This document shows, piece by piece, positions 18,452-29,410 of a DNA stretch of 64,000 bases. Source of the stretch: a virus (Duplodnaviria > Caudoviricetes). Position numbers and translations under genes: made by a program. Position 1 is the stretch's first letter. Each line of letters begins with the position of its first letter. The stretch lies in IMG/VR virus record IMGVR_UViG_3300030330_006573, positions 96,001 to 160,000 of that record, one strand, 5' to 3'. The notes under the pieces were generated by a model. The model did not search any database. It worked only from the letters and a program-made list of their open reading frames with translations, and was not told where the DNA came from.

Positions 18452-21400
18452 TTTATCAAACAGTAATATCAACACCTCTCAAAGAAGAGGTAAATCTGGA
18501 CTTCATCCAGAAGGCGAAGGTTATAACCTAGTCGCAGGTAATTTAGTTCAAGGAGATTGTACAAATCCTGGATCGATTATTTTAGCATCTAACTTACTTC
18601 TGCCCTTCGATGACAGAACAATTAATTATGATGTTGACAATTGCGATCCAGAGCCATTTCCTACAATCCCTCCTACTGAAACTCCAACATGTTATCCTTC
18701 TGGGCCAAGTATTTCTCGAAACTCTCCGCCAAGTTGCCCATCAAGAGATGTTAGACGCTTTTCTTTTAATGTTTTTGAGTCTCACCCGCAATCTGACCCA
18801 GCTGATTTAGCTGTATCAATTGATATCGCAAGCGGTTTTGAAAAAAACGGAATAGGCTTTAACGAGGATGGCGGTGGATCTACTTATGTTGGACTCAAAA
18901 ATGGTTCCTTTTTAAATAATTTAACTAATTGGACTACTGATGTAGGAACGCCACAAATTGTAAATGGCGGTTCTAGTAGTTTGCCAACAAAACCAAAAAA
19001 TAAAAAGGGTGTTGCATCAGTCGGTGGTGCCGAGCTTAGGATTAGCCAAAGCTCTTTATTATTGCAATCCAATACTACTTATACCCTTACTGTTGGCACG
19101 GGAAGAAATTCTGGCCCGATTTTAGTTACATTTGACGAAAAAGTACATATAGATGGCAGGTTTGATAAATCACATAGATTTGAAGGAAATCAAACTTTTA
19201 GAACTTCATCAACAACCCCAAGCTCTGTTCAATTTGGACTAATAGGAGCACAATCACTTTATTATGTTAATTTTCGATTAGGGTCACATAATAATAAACA
19301 TCATATAGAAAATAACCTGTATTATTCTTGGGCAGCTTCTTCAACTAATTATATTCCTACTATTGAGCATTATGGTGCAGCTGGATCTGAATCTGGCAAT
19401 TGTATACCTGACTGCATAGCAATATCTGCAAGCAATATAGCTTGCGATGGCTCTACTCAATCTAATTCTACTGTGCTTTGCATCGATGATTGTGTAGAAT
19501 GCACTCCTACCCCAGAAACACCCATAACTGAAACATTTACTCTTCCTCCAGAGACTTCTGAATTTCCACCTTCAACCCCTCCTTTTACTGATGTTGAGTG
19601 TGTTTGTATAAAAATTAGTTCTTCCAAAAGGCACTTTAATGCTACATATTCTTATAAAGATTGCAGTGGCGCCGATCAAACAGGATCTATTTCTGGCTTA
19701 AGCACTCAATATGTCTGCGCAAAAGATGGGACTTTTGCTCTAAGTCAACCTCAATACAGTGATGTAAAGTTTGATATTGATTCTATTAATTGCAATAATT
19801 GTCCTCCCGTTCCTAGTCCCACTCCGACACCAACTCCGACTCCTCTTACTGCTCATACCCCTTGTACTCTACCTGTAGATTCTTTTACTCCAACCCCTCA
19901 TATTAGATCTACTCCTTTAACACCAACACCTTACACTCCCTTTACTTTCCATGTAGATAGTTTTTCTCCCTCCCCAACTTCTACCCCGACTCCTACTCCT
20001 GTTACAGAAACCCCTATTACTCCAACTCCCGTTACTGCAACTCCTAAAACCCTAACTCCCACACCAACCCCTACTCCAACTCCTGTTACAGAAACCCCTG
20101 AAACAAATACCCCGACACCGACACCGACAGTTACTCCCACAGTTGTAACAACCCCAAACACTCCATTTACTCCGTTTACTGAATCCACTTTTGATACTCA
20201 ATTCCCACCGCCACCACCCCCCCCACCACCACCAGTTGCAACTCCAGAGACGGAGTGCGAAGAAGAATCTGCAAAATTTCACCCTTGTATGCAGCCTTGT
20301 TTCCCGCAAAAACCAGATTTAGAGTTTTGCCAAGGAAGATTACATCACAATATTTATAAAAATATAGATAGCGATGAGTATTGCTGTGATGATGCTGAGT
20401 GGATTACAAATCAAGTATCCCCACCACACCACAAATCAGATACTTGTACTAGTTTACTTACTCACCCGCAAGGTTCAAATATAGGTAAATGCATAAAAGG
20501 ACCACGCTGTCAATGCAGAAAAGATGCTACATATCCAGATGATAGATACAATCGTTTTGATGCAGAAGGAAATGAGCAAAGACCTGAATTTTACAATAGA
20601 ATAAGTAGGTCTGACTTTGAAGCTATTACATGCGACAATCCCTCTGTAGAATTTACTGGAGGCTGCCTTGGAGCTGAGTTTTGTCCAGTTTGTGAAATCA
20701 GGACTTCAGAGTTTTGCGCATCTTACCACGGAATGTCGTATGACGTTTATAATAAAAAATACTATTTTCCTCCTGGCGTAGGTCCTACTAGTTGCGAAGC
20801 CTGCATGTGCCTAGATGGACAGACTCAAACAGTTGAATCGGTAAAAGATAAAGCTGAGAATCAACTTCGTTTTCAAAATGGCATACCTGCTCGTCGTGCA
20901 TTTAGGAACGTAAGAGATGTTACTGGCTCATGCTATAATTGCGTGAAGTCCAGAAACATGTATCAAGTTAATAAATGGCTAAACGATGATGCAGGCGATA
21001 TTTATGATGATGAGCCGTGCTGCGGAACTGTTCCGCTTGGATGCATAGGTCAAGGACAAACTTGGTGCGAAGAAGGATTTAAATGCCCAACATGTCCCTG
21101 TCAGAAAGTAGAATTTTCATATACAGTCAAGCATTTATTTAAAGATGATTGTAGAATTGGAGGAACTGGAAACCATTTAGTCTTAAAAGAAGAGCGAGTT
21201 GGCGCTGGTCCCGTGCATTTTGAAATTTTTATTAATTACGAATGTGAAGATGGTGACTTAAAAGACAATGTAAGTGTCAGCATAACTTATAATAGAGGCA
21301 ATAACTCTGGTTGTGGATACAATCCTTTAATACATGATAAACCAATAATTGATACAGCCCAAAGACTTGGAGGGAAGATTAGAATTGCTATTCCAGAAAA

Positions 21401-23150
21401 TACAGTAAAAACTAGGGACTGTATATCTAAAGATGGGGAAGGAGGAACTAGAAGAAGAAACTTCCCAGATTCTTATTTGTGGTTATGCCCTCAAAATGAA
21501 TACATAGAAGTTCTAGACAAATCAGGAGTAGATTATATATGCCCAACTGGAGGTTGCGCAAAATATACTAGATGCTATAGCAGTGATGGCCCATCATGTA
21601 ATGCATCTGATGCAAGCAAGAATTGCAATGATGGTGCTCCAGGAGATGATATTTTGTACATAAAAATGTGCGGAGATGTTGTTGAGCCAGACCATACTTT
21701 TCCAGGAGGTATATTATATAAAGACGGATGGTGCTATACTTTAGATGGACAAGTGGACGTTTCACATTGCGGAGGAACATCTTCTGATGAGGGTTTGTGT
21801 GGCAATGCGAGATTTATATCTGCTCAAAACTGTGCTGATGCTTCTGCAATAGACTTTGATGATTTTGATGAAGTTAAAAATTCTTACGACAACTTTAATG
21901 AAGATACTGACGAAAATATTTGTTGCGAGTGTTGTGGGTGCTGTTGTACAGGAAGCTGTGCTGAATACCAAAGATGCTTCCCAGATGATACTTTAGCAAG
22001 ATGGAATAACGGAGATGGTACAAAAGATACTTGTAAAGCTCCAGGAGTTGCCCCTTGCGACATAGAGACTGCCGATGTTCCTGAGAGCCTCTATGTTTCA
22101 CTTCGATCACATGAAACAGCTCCTTCTATGGTTAAATATCTTGATTGGTGCTGGACACTAGTCGACGCTACTTCTAGTTGTTCTAATTGTGGAGGTGATT
22201 GTTGCGAAGAGGATGACACTACTTACAAAAATGAAAATAAACATTTTCAAAAACTAAACATTACGATAAGTGGGGATATATTGGCATATCCGTTGACGCC
22301 TGGCACAGAAGACCCAACCTGTGAGGATTGTTGCGAATGTACTCCAGTACCTTCCCTAACCCCGACTCCGACTCCTACACCAACCCCAACTCCGACGCCT
22401 ACTCCGACACCTACCCCAACCCCTACGCCAACTCCGACACCTACCCCGACACCTACACCGACTCCGACTCCGACTGCTACTCCTACGCCCACATTTACTG
22501 ATACGCACTGGACGATTACTCCAAGTGACACACCACACTGTTCGGGTGGTTGCGCACAGTACAACATATGCGATTCTGAATGCAACGAGAACGATCCAGC
22601 GAAACCTTGCGACGAGAGCCAGAAGGCTAGTGTTCCAGGTACAAGCTACATAGCTTACTCTGGAGATTCAAGCAGTCTGCCTACTACCATAAAACTTCCA
22701 AATGGCTGGTGTTATACCTTGCAAGAAGGCAGGGCGGATACAGATAAATGTGGTGCAGCTTGCGGTCATCCATGTCCTTCCGATTCCACAAAATGGGTAA
22801 CCGACAAGCTGAACTTAGACCATGCATTGTGCGATGATATGAGCGAGGCTTCGAGCGGATTTAGCGGATGCAGTGATTGCTGTGAGTGTACTCCTAGCCC
22901 GACGCCTACGCCAACAGCCACCCCAACAGCTACCGCAACATCCACCGCAACATCCACCGCAACAGCTACCGCAACCCATAGCCCGACTCCGAGTCATACT
23001 CCGAGCCACACTCCAAGTCATACTTCTAGCCACAGCCCGACACCTACCCCAACAGTCGTAACAACACCAGTTGCAACAACACCAGTTGCAACAACACCAG
23101 TTGCAACAACAGCAGCTCCACCAACCTATCCTACTACTTATCCTTCTTGA
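18444..23150 (+). CDS. large Cys-rich protein with Pro-Thr repeats (putative virion surface or fibre protein)
   Basis: 1568 aa, several (PT)n tracts, three repeated Cys-rich modules, no obvious signal peptide. Confidence 0.75.
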   Translation: MPSLSNSNINTSQRRGKSGLHPEGEGYNLVAGNLVQGDCTNPGSIILASNLLLPFDDRTINYDVDNCDPEPFPTIPPTETPTCYPSGPSISRNSPPSCPSRDVRRFSFNVFESHPQSDPADLAVSIDIASGFEKNGIGFNEDGGGSTYVGLKNGSFLNNLTNWTTDVGTPQIVNGGSSSLPTKPKNKKGVASVGGAELRISQSSLLLQSNTTYTLTVGTGRNSGPILVTFDEKVHIDGRFDKSHRFEGNQTFRTSSTTPSSVQFGLIGAQSLYYVNFRLGSHNNKHHIENNLYYSWAASSTNYIPTIEHYGAAGSESGNCIPDCIAISASNIACDGSTQSNSTVLCIDDCVECTPTPETPITETFTLPPETSEFPPSTPPFTDVECVCIKISSSKRHFNATYSYKDCSGADQTGSISGLSTQYVCAKDGTFALSQPQYSDVKFDIDSINCNNCPPVPSPTPTPTPTPLTAHTPCTLPVDSFTPTPHIRSTPLTPTPYTPFTFHVDSFSPSPTSTPTPTPVTETPITPTPVTATPKTLTPTPTPTPTPVTETPETNTPTPTPTVTPTVVTTPNTPFTPFTESTFDTQFPPPPPPPPPPVATPETECEEESAKFHPCMQPCFPQKPDLEFCQGRLHHNIYKNIDSDEYCCDDAEWITNQVSPPHHKSDTCTSLLTHPQGSNIGKCIKGPRCQCRKDATYPDDRYNRFDAEGNEQRPEFYNRISRSDFEAITCDNPSVEFTGGCLGAEFCPVCEIRTSEFCASYHGMSYDVYNKKYYFPPGVGPTSCEACMCLDGQTQTVESVKDKAENQLRFQNGIPARRAFRNVRDVTGSCYNCVKSRNMYQVNKWLNDDAGDIYDDEPCCGTVPLGCIGQGQTWCEEGFKCPTCPCQKVEFSYTVKHLFKDDCRIGGTGNHLVLKEERVGAGPVHFEIFINYECEDGDLKDNVSVSITYNRGNNSGCGYNPLIHDKPIIDTAQRLGGKIRIAIPENTVKTRDCISKDGEGGTRRRNFPDSYLWLCPQNEYIEVLDKSGVDYICPTGGCAKYTRCYSSDGPSCNASDASKNCNDGAPGDDILYIKMCGDVVEPDHTFPGGILYKDGWCYTLDGQVDVSHCGGTSSDEGLCGNARFISAQNCADASAIDFDDFDEVKNSYDNFNEDTDENICCECCGCCCTGSCAEYQRCFPDDTLARWNNGDGTKDTCKAPGVAPCDIETADVPESLYVSLRSHETAPSMVKYLDWCWTLVDATSSCSNCGGDCCEEDDTTYKNENKHFQKLNITISGDILAYPLTPGTEDPTCEDCCECTPVPSLTPTPTPTPTPTPTPTPTPTPTPTPTPTPTPTPTPTPTPTATPTPTFTDTHWTITPSDTPHCSGGCAQYNICDSECNENDPAKPCDESQKASVPGTSYIAYSGDSSSLPTTIKLPNGWCYTLQEGRADTDKCGAACGHPCPSDSTKWVTDKLNLDHALCDDMSEASSGFSGCSDCCECTPSPTPTPTATPTATATSTATSTATATATHSPTPSHTPSHTPSHTSSHSPTPTPTVVTTPVATTPVATTPVATTAAPPTYPTTYPS
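22359..22493 (+). repeat. (Thr-Pro)n coding tract with synonymous codon variation
   Basis: About 22 TP units encoded by ACN CCN hexamers. Confidence 0.9.
23061..23105 (+). repeat. 15-bp tandem repeat x3 (TTPVA)
   Basis: ACAACACCAGTTGCA, three exact copies. Confidence 0.9.
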
Positions 23151-23175
23151 TTTTTTTAGGTTATCGAGTTAATAT
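23147..23175 (+). promoter_or_regulatory. sigma70-like promoter, probably leaderless
   Basis: TTGATT-17-TAATAT, then 6 nt to GTG at 23182. Confidence 0.5.
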
Positions 23176-23181
23176 AAACTT

Positions 23182-24621
23182 GTGATAACTGCAATTATTG
23201 CATACAAGCAAGATAGCATTGAAAGAAAGAGGAATTTAAACTTTTTAATTAAAGTTTTAAAAAAAAATTCAATCGAAGTAATTATTGCTGAGCAGAAAGA
23301 ATCTATCGATAACGATGGAGAATTGAAAAAATATAGGAAGCCAGGTGAGATTTGGCTAGAATATTACTCTAACAAGCCCTTTCACAAATCAAAACTATAT
23401 AATCTTTCAGCTCAAATTTGCGTCACACAAAATATATTACTTTTAGATGCTGACGTAATTCTAGATTTTAAAGTTCTCCCAGAGTTATGCAAGCTTTCTG
23501 ATTTGTGTAGGCCATTCTCTGAAATTTTTAGCTTATCTAACAGCGAAACTGAAGAATATATAAATAATGGAGTGCCACCAAATTTAAAAGATAAAACTGG
23601 AGATGATTATACAGGTAAGTATTCAATATTGATTTCTAAAGATTTATTTTTAAGATCTGGCGGTTTTGATGAAGATATTGCTGGTTGGGGTTGGGAGGAT
23701 TTAGACTTCATACATAATAAGTTGAAAGACTATTCTTCTTATATCCCAATAAACTGTCATGGATATCATCTATGGCACCCTAAGACAAATAAAGATTACG
23801 AAAGGAAAAATTATTTTATTTATAAAAACAATCACTCTTACAGAAGACACATATCTTTTTGCACTGCTATTAAAAATAGAAAATTTCAAATCGAAGAAAC
23901 GTTAGAAAAAAATATTGAAGACAATTTAGAATATAGAGATTTTTGTGAGTTTACAATTTTAGACTGCGACTCAAGCGATAGAGTTTCAGAATGGATAATT
24001 GACAATTTTTCCGAATATATTGCAGATGGATATTTAAAACTATTTAAAATTAAAGACTTTCCATACTGGAATGCTTCAATTGCTAAAAATACATGCCACA
24101 ATCTTTCTGAAGGCGAAATTTTAGTAAACTTAGATTGTGATAATTACACAGGAGAGGGCGGGGCAAAAATTATTTATGATCTTTTTTCATCTAATAAAGA
24201 CATTAACTGCTATCATCAGTGGTGCAAGAAAGAATGGTTCAGTGGAAATTATGGCAGAATATCTTTTAGAAGAGATGTATTTGAAGAATTAGGAGGTTAT
24301 GACGAGTCATTCTATGGTATGGGCTATCAAGATACAGATATAATAAAGAGGTGTTCAGCTATGTTCCCTAATACAGTTGGTGAATTTAAATCCTTAAAAT
24401 ATAATAAAGCCATTAAGAACAAGAAAGATCTTTCTATAGAAAATTTAACAGAAGAAGAAATAAAAATGGGATTTCGTGAAATCAACAATATAAATAAATC
24501 AAATTCAGAGATAAATATTTCAAACAATCGCTTAGTAGCTAATGAGGGTATCTTTGGAATAAGATCAAAAATACTTTATTACGATTTTAAAAAAGCAAAG
24601 TTTTGGAACCTTTGTGCTTGA
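23182..24621 (+). CDS. two-domain GT2/GT7-like glycosyltransferase
   Basis: LLDAD...GGFDEDIAGWGWEDLD and NLDCD...GGYDESFYGMGYQDTD. Confidence 0.8.
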   Translation: MITAIIAYKQDSIERKRNLNFLIKVLKKNSIEVIIAEQKESIDNDGELKKYRKPGEIWLEYYSNKPFHKSKLYNLSAQICVTQNILLLDADVILDFKVLPELCKLSDLCRPFSEIFSLSNSETEEYINNGVPPNLKDKTGDDYTGKYSILISKDLFLRSGGFDEDIAGWGWEDLDFIHNKLKDYSSYIPINCHGYHLWHPKTNKDYERKNYFIYKNNHSYRRHISFCTAIKNRKFQIEETLEKNIEDNLEYRDFCEFTILDCDSSDRVSEWIIDNFSEYIADGYLKLFKIKDFPYWNASIAKNTCHNLSEGEILVNLDCDNYTGEGGAKIIYDLFSSNKDINCYHQWCKKEWFSGNYGRISFRRDVFEELGGYDESFYGMGYQDTDIIKRCSAMFPNTVGEFKSLKYNKAIKNKKDLSIENLTEEEIKMGFREINNINKSNSEINISNNRLVANEGIFGIRSKILYYDFKKAKFWNLCA

Positions 24622-24646
24622 ATTTATTAAGCCTTGTTAATATCAT
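24618..24646 (+). promoter_or_regulatory. sigma70-like promoter, probably leaderless
   Basis: TTGAAT-17-TATCAT, then 6 nt to GTG at 24653. Confidence 0.55.
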
Positions 24647-24652
24647 ATTCTC

Positions 24653-24997
24653 GTGAAGCTGAAGCAAACTGCTAAGAAAGAAATATTGCACAGAATATTA
24701 AATATTCCCAAAACCCAAAAGAGGCATTTTTGGAGTAGGGAAATAAAGATATTGAATGATTTATTTAAAATCTATCCAATTGAAGAATTTTGGAGCTTAG
24801 TTTCTTTTGAAAAAAAATATGATAGTATGACATTTTTAATTTCAGATTACGGTAAAAAACTTTTAAAAAAAAAGTTTTTAGAGTTTAGCTACGTAGTTCC
24901 TAAAACTAAAACAATCGAGCTTGGCGATAAAACAGGAGATGATTTTATAATTGAAAACAAACCTAAAACTATAAAAGATTTTTTAAGATATGAGTGA
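24653..24997 (+). CDS. hypothetical protein preceding recA
   Basis: ORF overlaps the recA start; C-terminus KPKTIKDFL. Confidence 0.65.
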   Translation: MKLKQTAKKEILHRILNIPKTQKRHFWSREIKILNDLFKIYPIEEFWSLVSFEKKYDSMTFLISDYGKKLLKKKFLEFSYVVPKTKTIELGDKTGDDFIIENKPKTIKDFLRYE

Positions 24998-26081
24998 AAC
25001 ACTAGATCAAATTAATAAATTTTTGTCTGATAAAGACAACTCAAAATACCATTACAACAACTACGAAGAAGATAACTATAAAATTTCATCTGGCAGCCTT
25101 AACTTAGATTTAGCCCTTGGTGGAGGATTTCCAGCTGGAGCGCATCGTTTTACTGGTGTTAATGAAGGAGGCAAGACTAGCTGTGCATTAACAGTTGCAA
25201 AAAACTTTCAAGAGAAATTCAAGAAAAATGGCATGATCATTTACATAAGGAGTGAAGGTAGATTGTCTCCAGAAGTTCTTTCTAGAAGCGGAATAGATAC
25301 AAGTGAGGAGAGATTTTTTAGATTTGATTGTAATATATTTGAAAAAGTCTTTCAGTTAATAAGAACTCTTGTCGAAGATAATAAAGAAGATAAGAAATAT
25401 ATGTTTATAGTTGATAGTGTTGACGCTCTTTGCAGAATAGGTGATTTTGATAAACCATTTGATGAAAGTGAACAGGTCGCTGGCGGAGCTTTAGTCACCT
25501 CTGTTTTTCTAAAGAAAATGGTTTTACCTATAACAAAAATGGGTCATATGATGATCCTTACCTCTCAAGTTAGGGTTGAGGTAGCATCAAACCCTTATGC
25601 AGCGAGAGGTGGTCCAAAAGTCAAGCAAGCTGGAGGCAATGCAGTAAAACACTATTCCAATTTTATCTTGGAATTTCAAGAAAGATATAATTCAGACATT
25701 ATTTTCCCAAACCCAAGTGCATCAAAACTTGAAGATAAAGGCAGTCCTATTGGTCACTTTTGCAAAATAATTTTTAGAAAAAGTGTTAATGAAAAAACTG
25801 GTGCGGTGATTAGATACCCAATAAGATATGGAAGGACTGATGGAAATAGCATTTGGGTAGAAAGAGAAATCATAGATATGATGAAGCTATGGGGATATAT
25901 CGAACAAAAGGGCGCATGGATTTCTATAGACAGCGAGATCGTTTCTGCTTGTAAGGATAAATCTATAGAGTGCCCAGAGAAGATACAGGGAGAGCCTAAA
26001 TTTGTAGAATTTTTGGAAGAAAACAAGAAATTTTCTAAATTTATTTTACAATATATAAACTCTAATTTTTACAATGCCTAA
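24990..26081 (+). CDS. recA: RecA/UvsX-like recombinase
   Basis: SSGSLNLDLALGGG, Walker A GVNEGGKT, Walker B FIVDSV, GGNAVKHYS, QKGAW; strongly diverged from cellular RecA. Confidence 0.85.
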   Translation: MSETLDQINKFLSDKDNSKYHYNNYEEDNYKISSGSLNLDLALGGGFPAGAHRFTGVNEGGKTSCALTVAKNFQEKFKKNGMIIYIRSEGRLSPEVLSRSGIDTSEERFFRFDCNIFEKVFQLIRTLVEDNKEDKKYMFIVDSVDALCRIGDFDKPFDESEQVAGGALVTSVFLKKMVLPITKMGHMMILTSQVRVEVASNPYAARGGPKVKQAGGNAVKHYSNFILEFQERYNSDIIFPNPSASKLEDKGSPIGHFCKIIFRKSVNEKTGAVIRYPIRYGRTDGNSIWVEREIIDMMKLWGYIEQKGAWISIDSEIVSACKDKSIECPEKIQGEPKFVEFLEENKKFSKFILQYINSNFYNA

Positions 26082-27087
26082 GAAGAAAGCAAACTCTGAT
26101 AAAGACAAAAAAGATGGACAAATAATCCTTGCAAAGTGGCAAGGAAGGTTTGGCAACAGGATGCATCAATATGCATACCTTTCTACATATGCAAATAAGT
26201 TGAATGTAGAATTAGTTCTTCCGTCTGAATGGGAAGGAGATAAGCTTTTTTCCAATAACAAGCATACAATCATACAAGATGACGATTTAAGACTCAAGTT
26301 AAATCAGTCCCACAAAGATCTAGATACAAAAGAATTTAAAAGCGAAGCTTTCGAGGAATACAACAAGAGAACAAATAGTGATTTTAAGTTTTTAAATCCT
26401 CATGACGCTAGTCAGACTTGGATTGACTTAAAACAATCTTGGGTAATGGACTTATGTGCATATCAAGAAGAGATATTTAAAGGTATGTCAACTAAATTCC
26501 TAAAGGAAACTTTTGAATTTTCAGATGAAGTAAAAAATACTGATGTTTACAAATATTTAGAAGACAAACAGGGTACTTATGATATAGCTCACCTTAGGAG
26601 AGATGATATATCTAATCCGAATTACGAAAATAATTTTGGATACTCTGTAATATCAAAAAAATCATACGAAAAAGCTTTTAAGAAATTTGATATAGACCCT
26701 CAAAAAGTAGAATGGACTACTGATGACTGGACTGGGAAATGGGGAGTTGGTAGTCCGTCTGAAGGAAAATGGTTTAGTAGGCGAGGCAACTGGACATATC
26801 CAATGGGATCCGAATACATGAAAGATATCATGTTTGACTGGTTTCCAGACTTCTTGAGAATTTATTTTGCCAGATCTGTTTTTAGGGCAAACTCTTCTTT
26901 TAGTTTTTGGTCTTGTTTTTTAGGAAATCAAAAAAATATATTTTCTCCAGTATTAACTGAAAAGCAAATTTATTCTGGAACAAAAGGTTCAGGAAAACAA
27001 ATAGAAGTTAATTTTATAAGGGGTAATACACCTCATTGGCTTTGCCTAAAACAAGATCATTGTGGGAAAATAAAAATCCCTAAATGA
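26074..27087 (+). CDS. GT11-like alpha-1,2-fucosyltransferase
   Basis: GRFGNRMHQY, HLRRDD (H.RRGD-like), ANSSFSFWSCFLG. Confidence 0.65.
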   Translation: MPKKKANSDKDKKDGQIILAKWQGRFGNRMHQYAYLSTYANKLNVELVLPSEWEGDKLFSNNKHTIIQDDDLRLKLNQSHKDLDTKEFKSEAFEEYNKRTNSDFKFLNPHDASQTWIDLKQSWVMDLCAYQEEIFKGMSTKFLKETFEFSDEVKNTDVYKYLEDKQGTYDIAHLRRDDISNPNYENNFGYSVISKKSYEKAFKKFDIDPQKVEWTTDDWTGKWGVGSPSEGKWFSRRGNWTYPMGSEYMKDIMFDWFPDFLRIYFARSVFRANSSFSFWSCFLGNQKNIFSPVLTEKQIYSGTKGSGKQIEVNFIRGNTPHWLCLKQDHCGKIKIPK

Positions 27088-29003
27088 ATCAATTCCAAAA
27101 CAATAAGTTTTTTGATTTAAAGTTAGCATCTTTATCAAAAGGCGAATCTAAAAAAATAATAAGTTTTAGTCTCTACGGGACTAATCGAAAATATTTTTCT
27201 GGAGCTTTACCTAATATTGAATATGCGAAAAAGTATTATCCAGGTTGGACATGTAGATTTTATTGCACTCAAGATGTTCCAAATTTAGAAGAAATCAGTT
27301 CCAAAGATTGCGAAATAGTTATAATGGAATCCAAAATACCTCCCATGTACTGGAGGTATTTCAGTGTTGACGACCCTGACGTTTCTGTTTCAATTTTTAG
27401 AGATACTGATTCTATAGTAAATTCAAGAGAAGCGGAGGCCGTAAAAGAATGGATTTCTTCTAACCACAAAATGCATTTAATGCATGACTGTAAAAGCGGT
27501 CATTGGTCTGATGTTATGGGTGGAATGTGTGGATTAAAAGGCCCAATAGATTTTTCATTAATTGAAAAAATAAATAATTTTTGTGATAAAAAGGGTTATA
27601 AGTGGAGATATTCCCAAGACCAAACTTTCCTATCTAAGGAGATATTGCCTATATTCAAAAATTCTTGCATCGATCACCACTTTAATCCTGATATAAGCAA
27701 ATACCCATACTCCGTAAAGTTTCCAAATCATGACCCTCTTGAGTTTGGTTCTTTTGTAGGTCAAAGAGTTTCTTTAGCTCATTACCAATCAAACAAATTT
27801 GCTAATTTAAATGTTGATTCTGATAAAGTTTTTATAATGAATCACCAAAGCAAAGGGGATTTTGGAAAATCTTGGTTTATTGAGCTGTTAAAATATATTT
27901 CTGCCAATAATTCTGAAATTGTAATACCTTGTAAGAAAGATCCCTACAATTTTTTAAAAAATAAAAATATTTCAAACAAAATATCCTTAGAGCTAATAAA
28001 GAATGATGCAGATGCTATAAGTATTTTTGAGGAAAAATATATCTCAAGCCATAAATATTTAGGTTTTGGAAATCATTCGGTCAATAATAAAAATAAACAG
28101 TTAAATCTTGATAATTGTCTCATTGAGTCAAAAATAAATAAAGACGATTTTTCAAAGTTTGTCTCTGATCAGAGCCCTAATACAGAAGAAGTTTCAGTCA
28201 AAGTTAAACCTAAAAAAGAAAAAATTATTTCTTTAAAAGAAGATCATTCGTATAATAAATTTCTTGATAAAAAATCAGATAAAAAAGTAAGTGTTATAAT
28301 TGGCACTTTTAATAGGTGGAATTTCTTACAAAAATCTATAGAAAGTGTTAAAAACCAAACTTATCAAAATATAGAAATAATAGTTGTTAATGATGGCTCT
28401 ACTGATGAAGACTATTCAAAGAATATTCCTGATGGAGTATTATGGATAAATTTACCACAAAATTCAGGAGAAGCCCATGGCTTTAGATGTAGATCTTATA
28501 CTTACAATTATGGAATAAAGGTGGCTAGTGGCGATTATATAGCATTTCTTGATGATGATGACGCATGGTATCCCAATAAAATAGAGAAACAAATATCTTT
28601 AATGCAAAGATATGGTTGTGGAATGAGCTGTACCGAATCTATGCAAGGAAGAGGGCTTTTTGATCTTGAAAAAGATTATAAAATATACATGGGCGGCATG
28701 CAAAGAAGGTTTGAAAAATGGAAAGTTGGCGAAAAAGTTTTTAATGTTGACTCCTCTGCCTTTCCAGTGCCAAATGTATGGAATAAGAATATTATGCTTG
28801 TTCATAATTTCTGCATAGGATCTTCTGTCGTTGTTGAAAAATCTATTATTGATAAAGTCGGCATGCTAAATGAGTCAAGAAAATACAAAAAAGGTCAGGA
28901 TTACGAGCTATGGAAAAGAGTTCTTTCTGTTACTGACTGCGCTTATGTTAATGAACCTCTTACCTATTACGATCATGCACACGGCAAAGGCAGGCAATAT
29001 TAA
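27084..29003 (+). CDS. multidomain glycosyltransferase (N-terminal GT-A-like domain, C-terminal GT2)
   Basis: N-terminal ISFSLYG...IFRDTDS...MGGM; C-terminal VSVIIGTFNR, VNDGSTD, AFLDDDD, QDYELW. Confidence 0.8.
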   Translation: MNQFQNNKFFDLKLASLSKGESKKIISFSLYGTNRKYFSGALPNIEYAKKYYPGWTCRFYCTQDVPNLEEISSKDCEIVIMESKIPPMYWRYFSVDDPDVSVSIFRDTDSIVNSREAEAVKEWISSNHKMHLMHDCKSGHWSDVMGGMCGLKGPIDFSLIEKINNFCDKKGYKWRYSQDQTFLSKEILPIFKNSCIDHHFNPDISKYPYSVKFPNHDPLEFGSFVGQRVSLAHYQSNKFANLNVDSDKVFIMNHQSKGDFGKSWFIELLKYISANNSEIVIPCKKDPYNFLKNKNISNKISLELIKNDADAISIFEEKYISSHKYLGFGNHSVNNKNKQLNLDNCLIESKINKDDFSKFVSDQSPNTEEVSVKVKPKKEKIISLKEDHSYNKFLDKKSDKKVSVIIGTFNRWNFLQKSIESVKNQTYQNIEIIVVNDGSTDEDYSKNIPDGVLWINLPQNSGEAHGFRCRSYTYNYGIKVASGDYIAFLDDDDAWYPNKIEKQISLMQRYGCGMSCTESMQGRGLFDLEKDYKIYMGGMQRRFEKWKVGEKVFNVDSSAFPVPNVWNKNIMLVHNFCIGSSVVVEKSIIDKVGMLNESRKYKKGQDYELWKRVLSVTDCAYVNEPLTYYDHAHGKGRQY

Positions 29004-29410
29004 TGAAATTCAAAACATTGCATGGTAGCATTAGGAGAGTTCCTAAAATTAAAAAATACTTAATCGATTGGGAAGGGAAAAGTAGAAGCAACATTCAATA
29101 TGACACTAAAGTTTTCCTAAAAAAATATTGGTCAAACAATGTAGTCTTTGAAGAGTTTCCTGTAGCTGGAACTAGATTAACTTTAGATTTTTATAATGCT
29201 ACAAAAAAAGTAGCAATTGAAGTACAAGGACAACAACATAGAAAATTTGTACCCTTTTTTCACGGAAATCGCATAAATTATATAGATCAATTAAGAAGAG
29301 ATAAACAAAAATTAGATTTTTGTAATATTAATGACATATATTTAATTGAAGTTTACGAAAATGATTTTTCTGATAAATCTTTTGTTAAAAAGTTAAAAAA
29401 CTATTTATGA
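29003..29410 (+). CDS. Vsr/DUF559-like PD-(D/E)XK endonuclease
   Basis: EEFPV..LDFY..AIEVQGQQH..RRD..K. Confidence 0.7.
   Translation: MKFKTLHGSIRRVPKIKKYLIDWEGKSRSNIQYDTKVFLKKYWSNNVVFEEFPVAGTRLTLDFYNATKKVAIEVQGQQHRKFVPFFHGNRINYIDQLRRDKQKLDFCNINDIYLIEVYENDFSDKSFVKKLKNYL

Noticed and set aside
19931-23061. Minus-strand and alternate-frame ORFs rich in GV, RCR or QQP repeats
   Set aside because: They are shadows of the Pro-Thr codon repeats in 18444..23150.
22359-23105. Short tandem repeats as a possible CRISPR array
   Set aside because: They are in-frame coding repeats with no unique spacers. The Cas4-like nuclease at 32283 sits in a replication context with no other cas genes.
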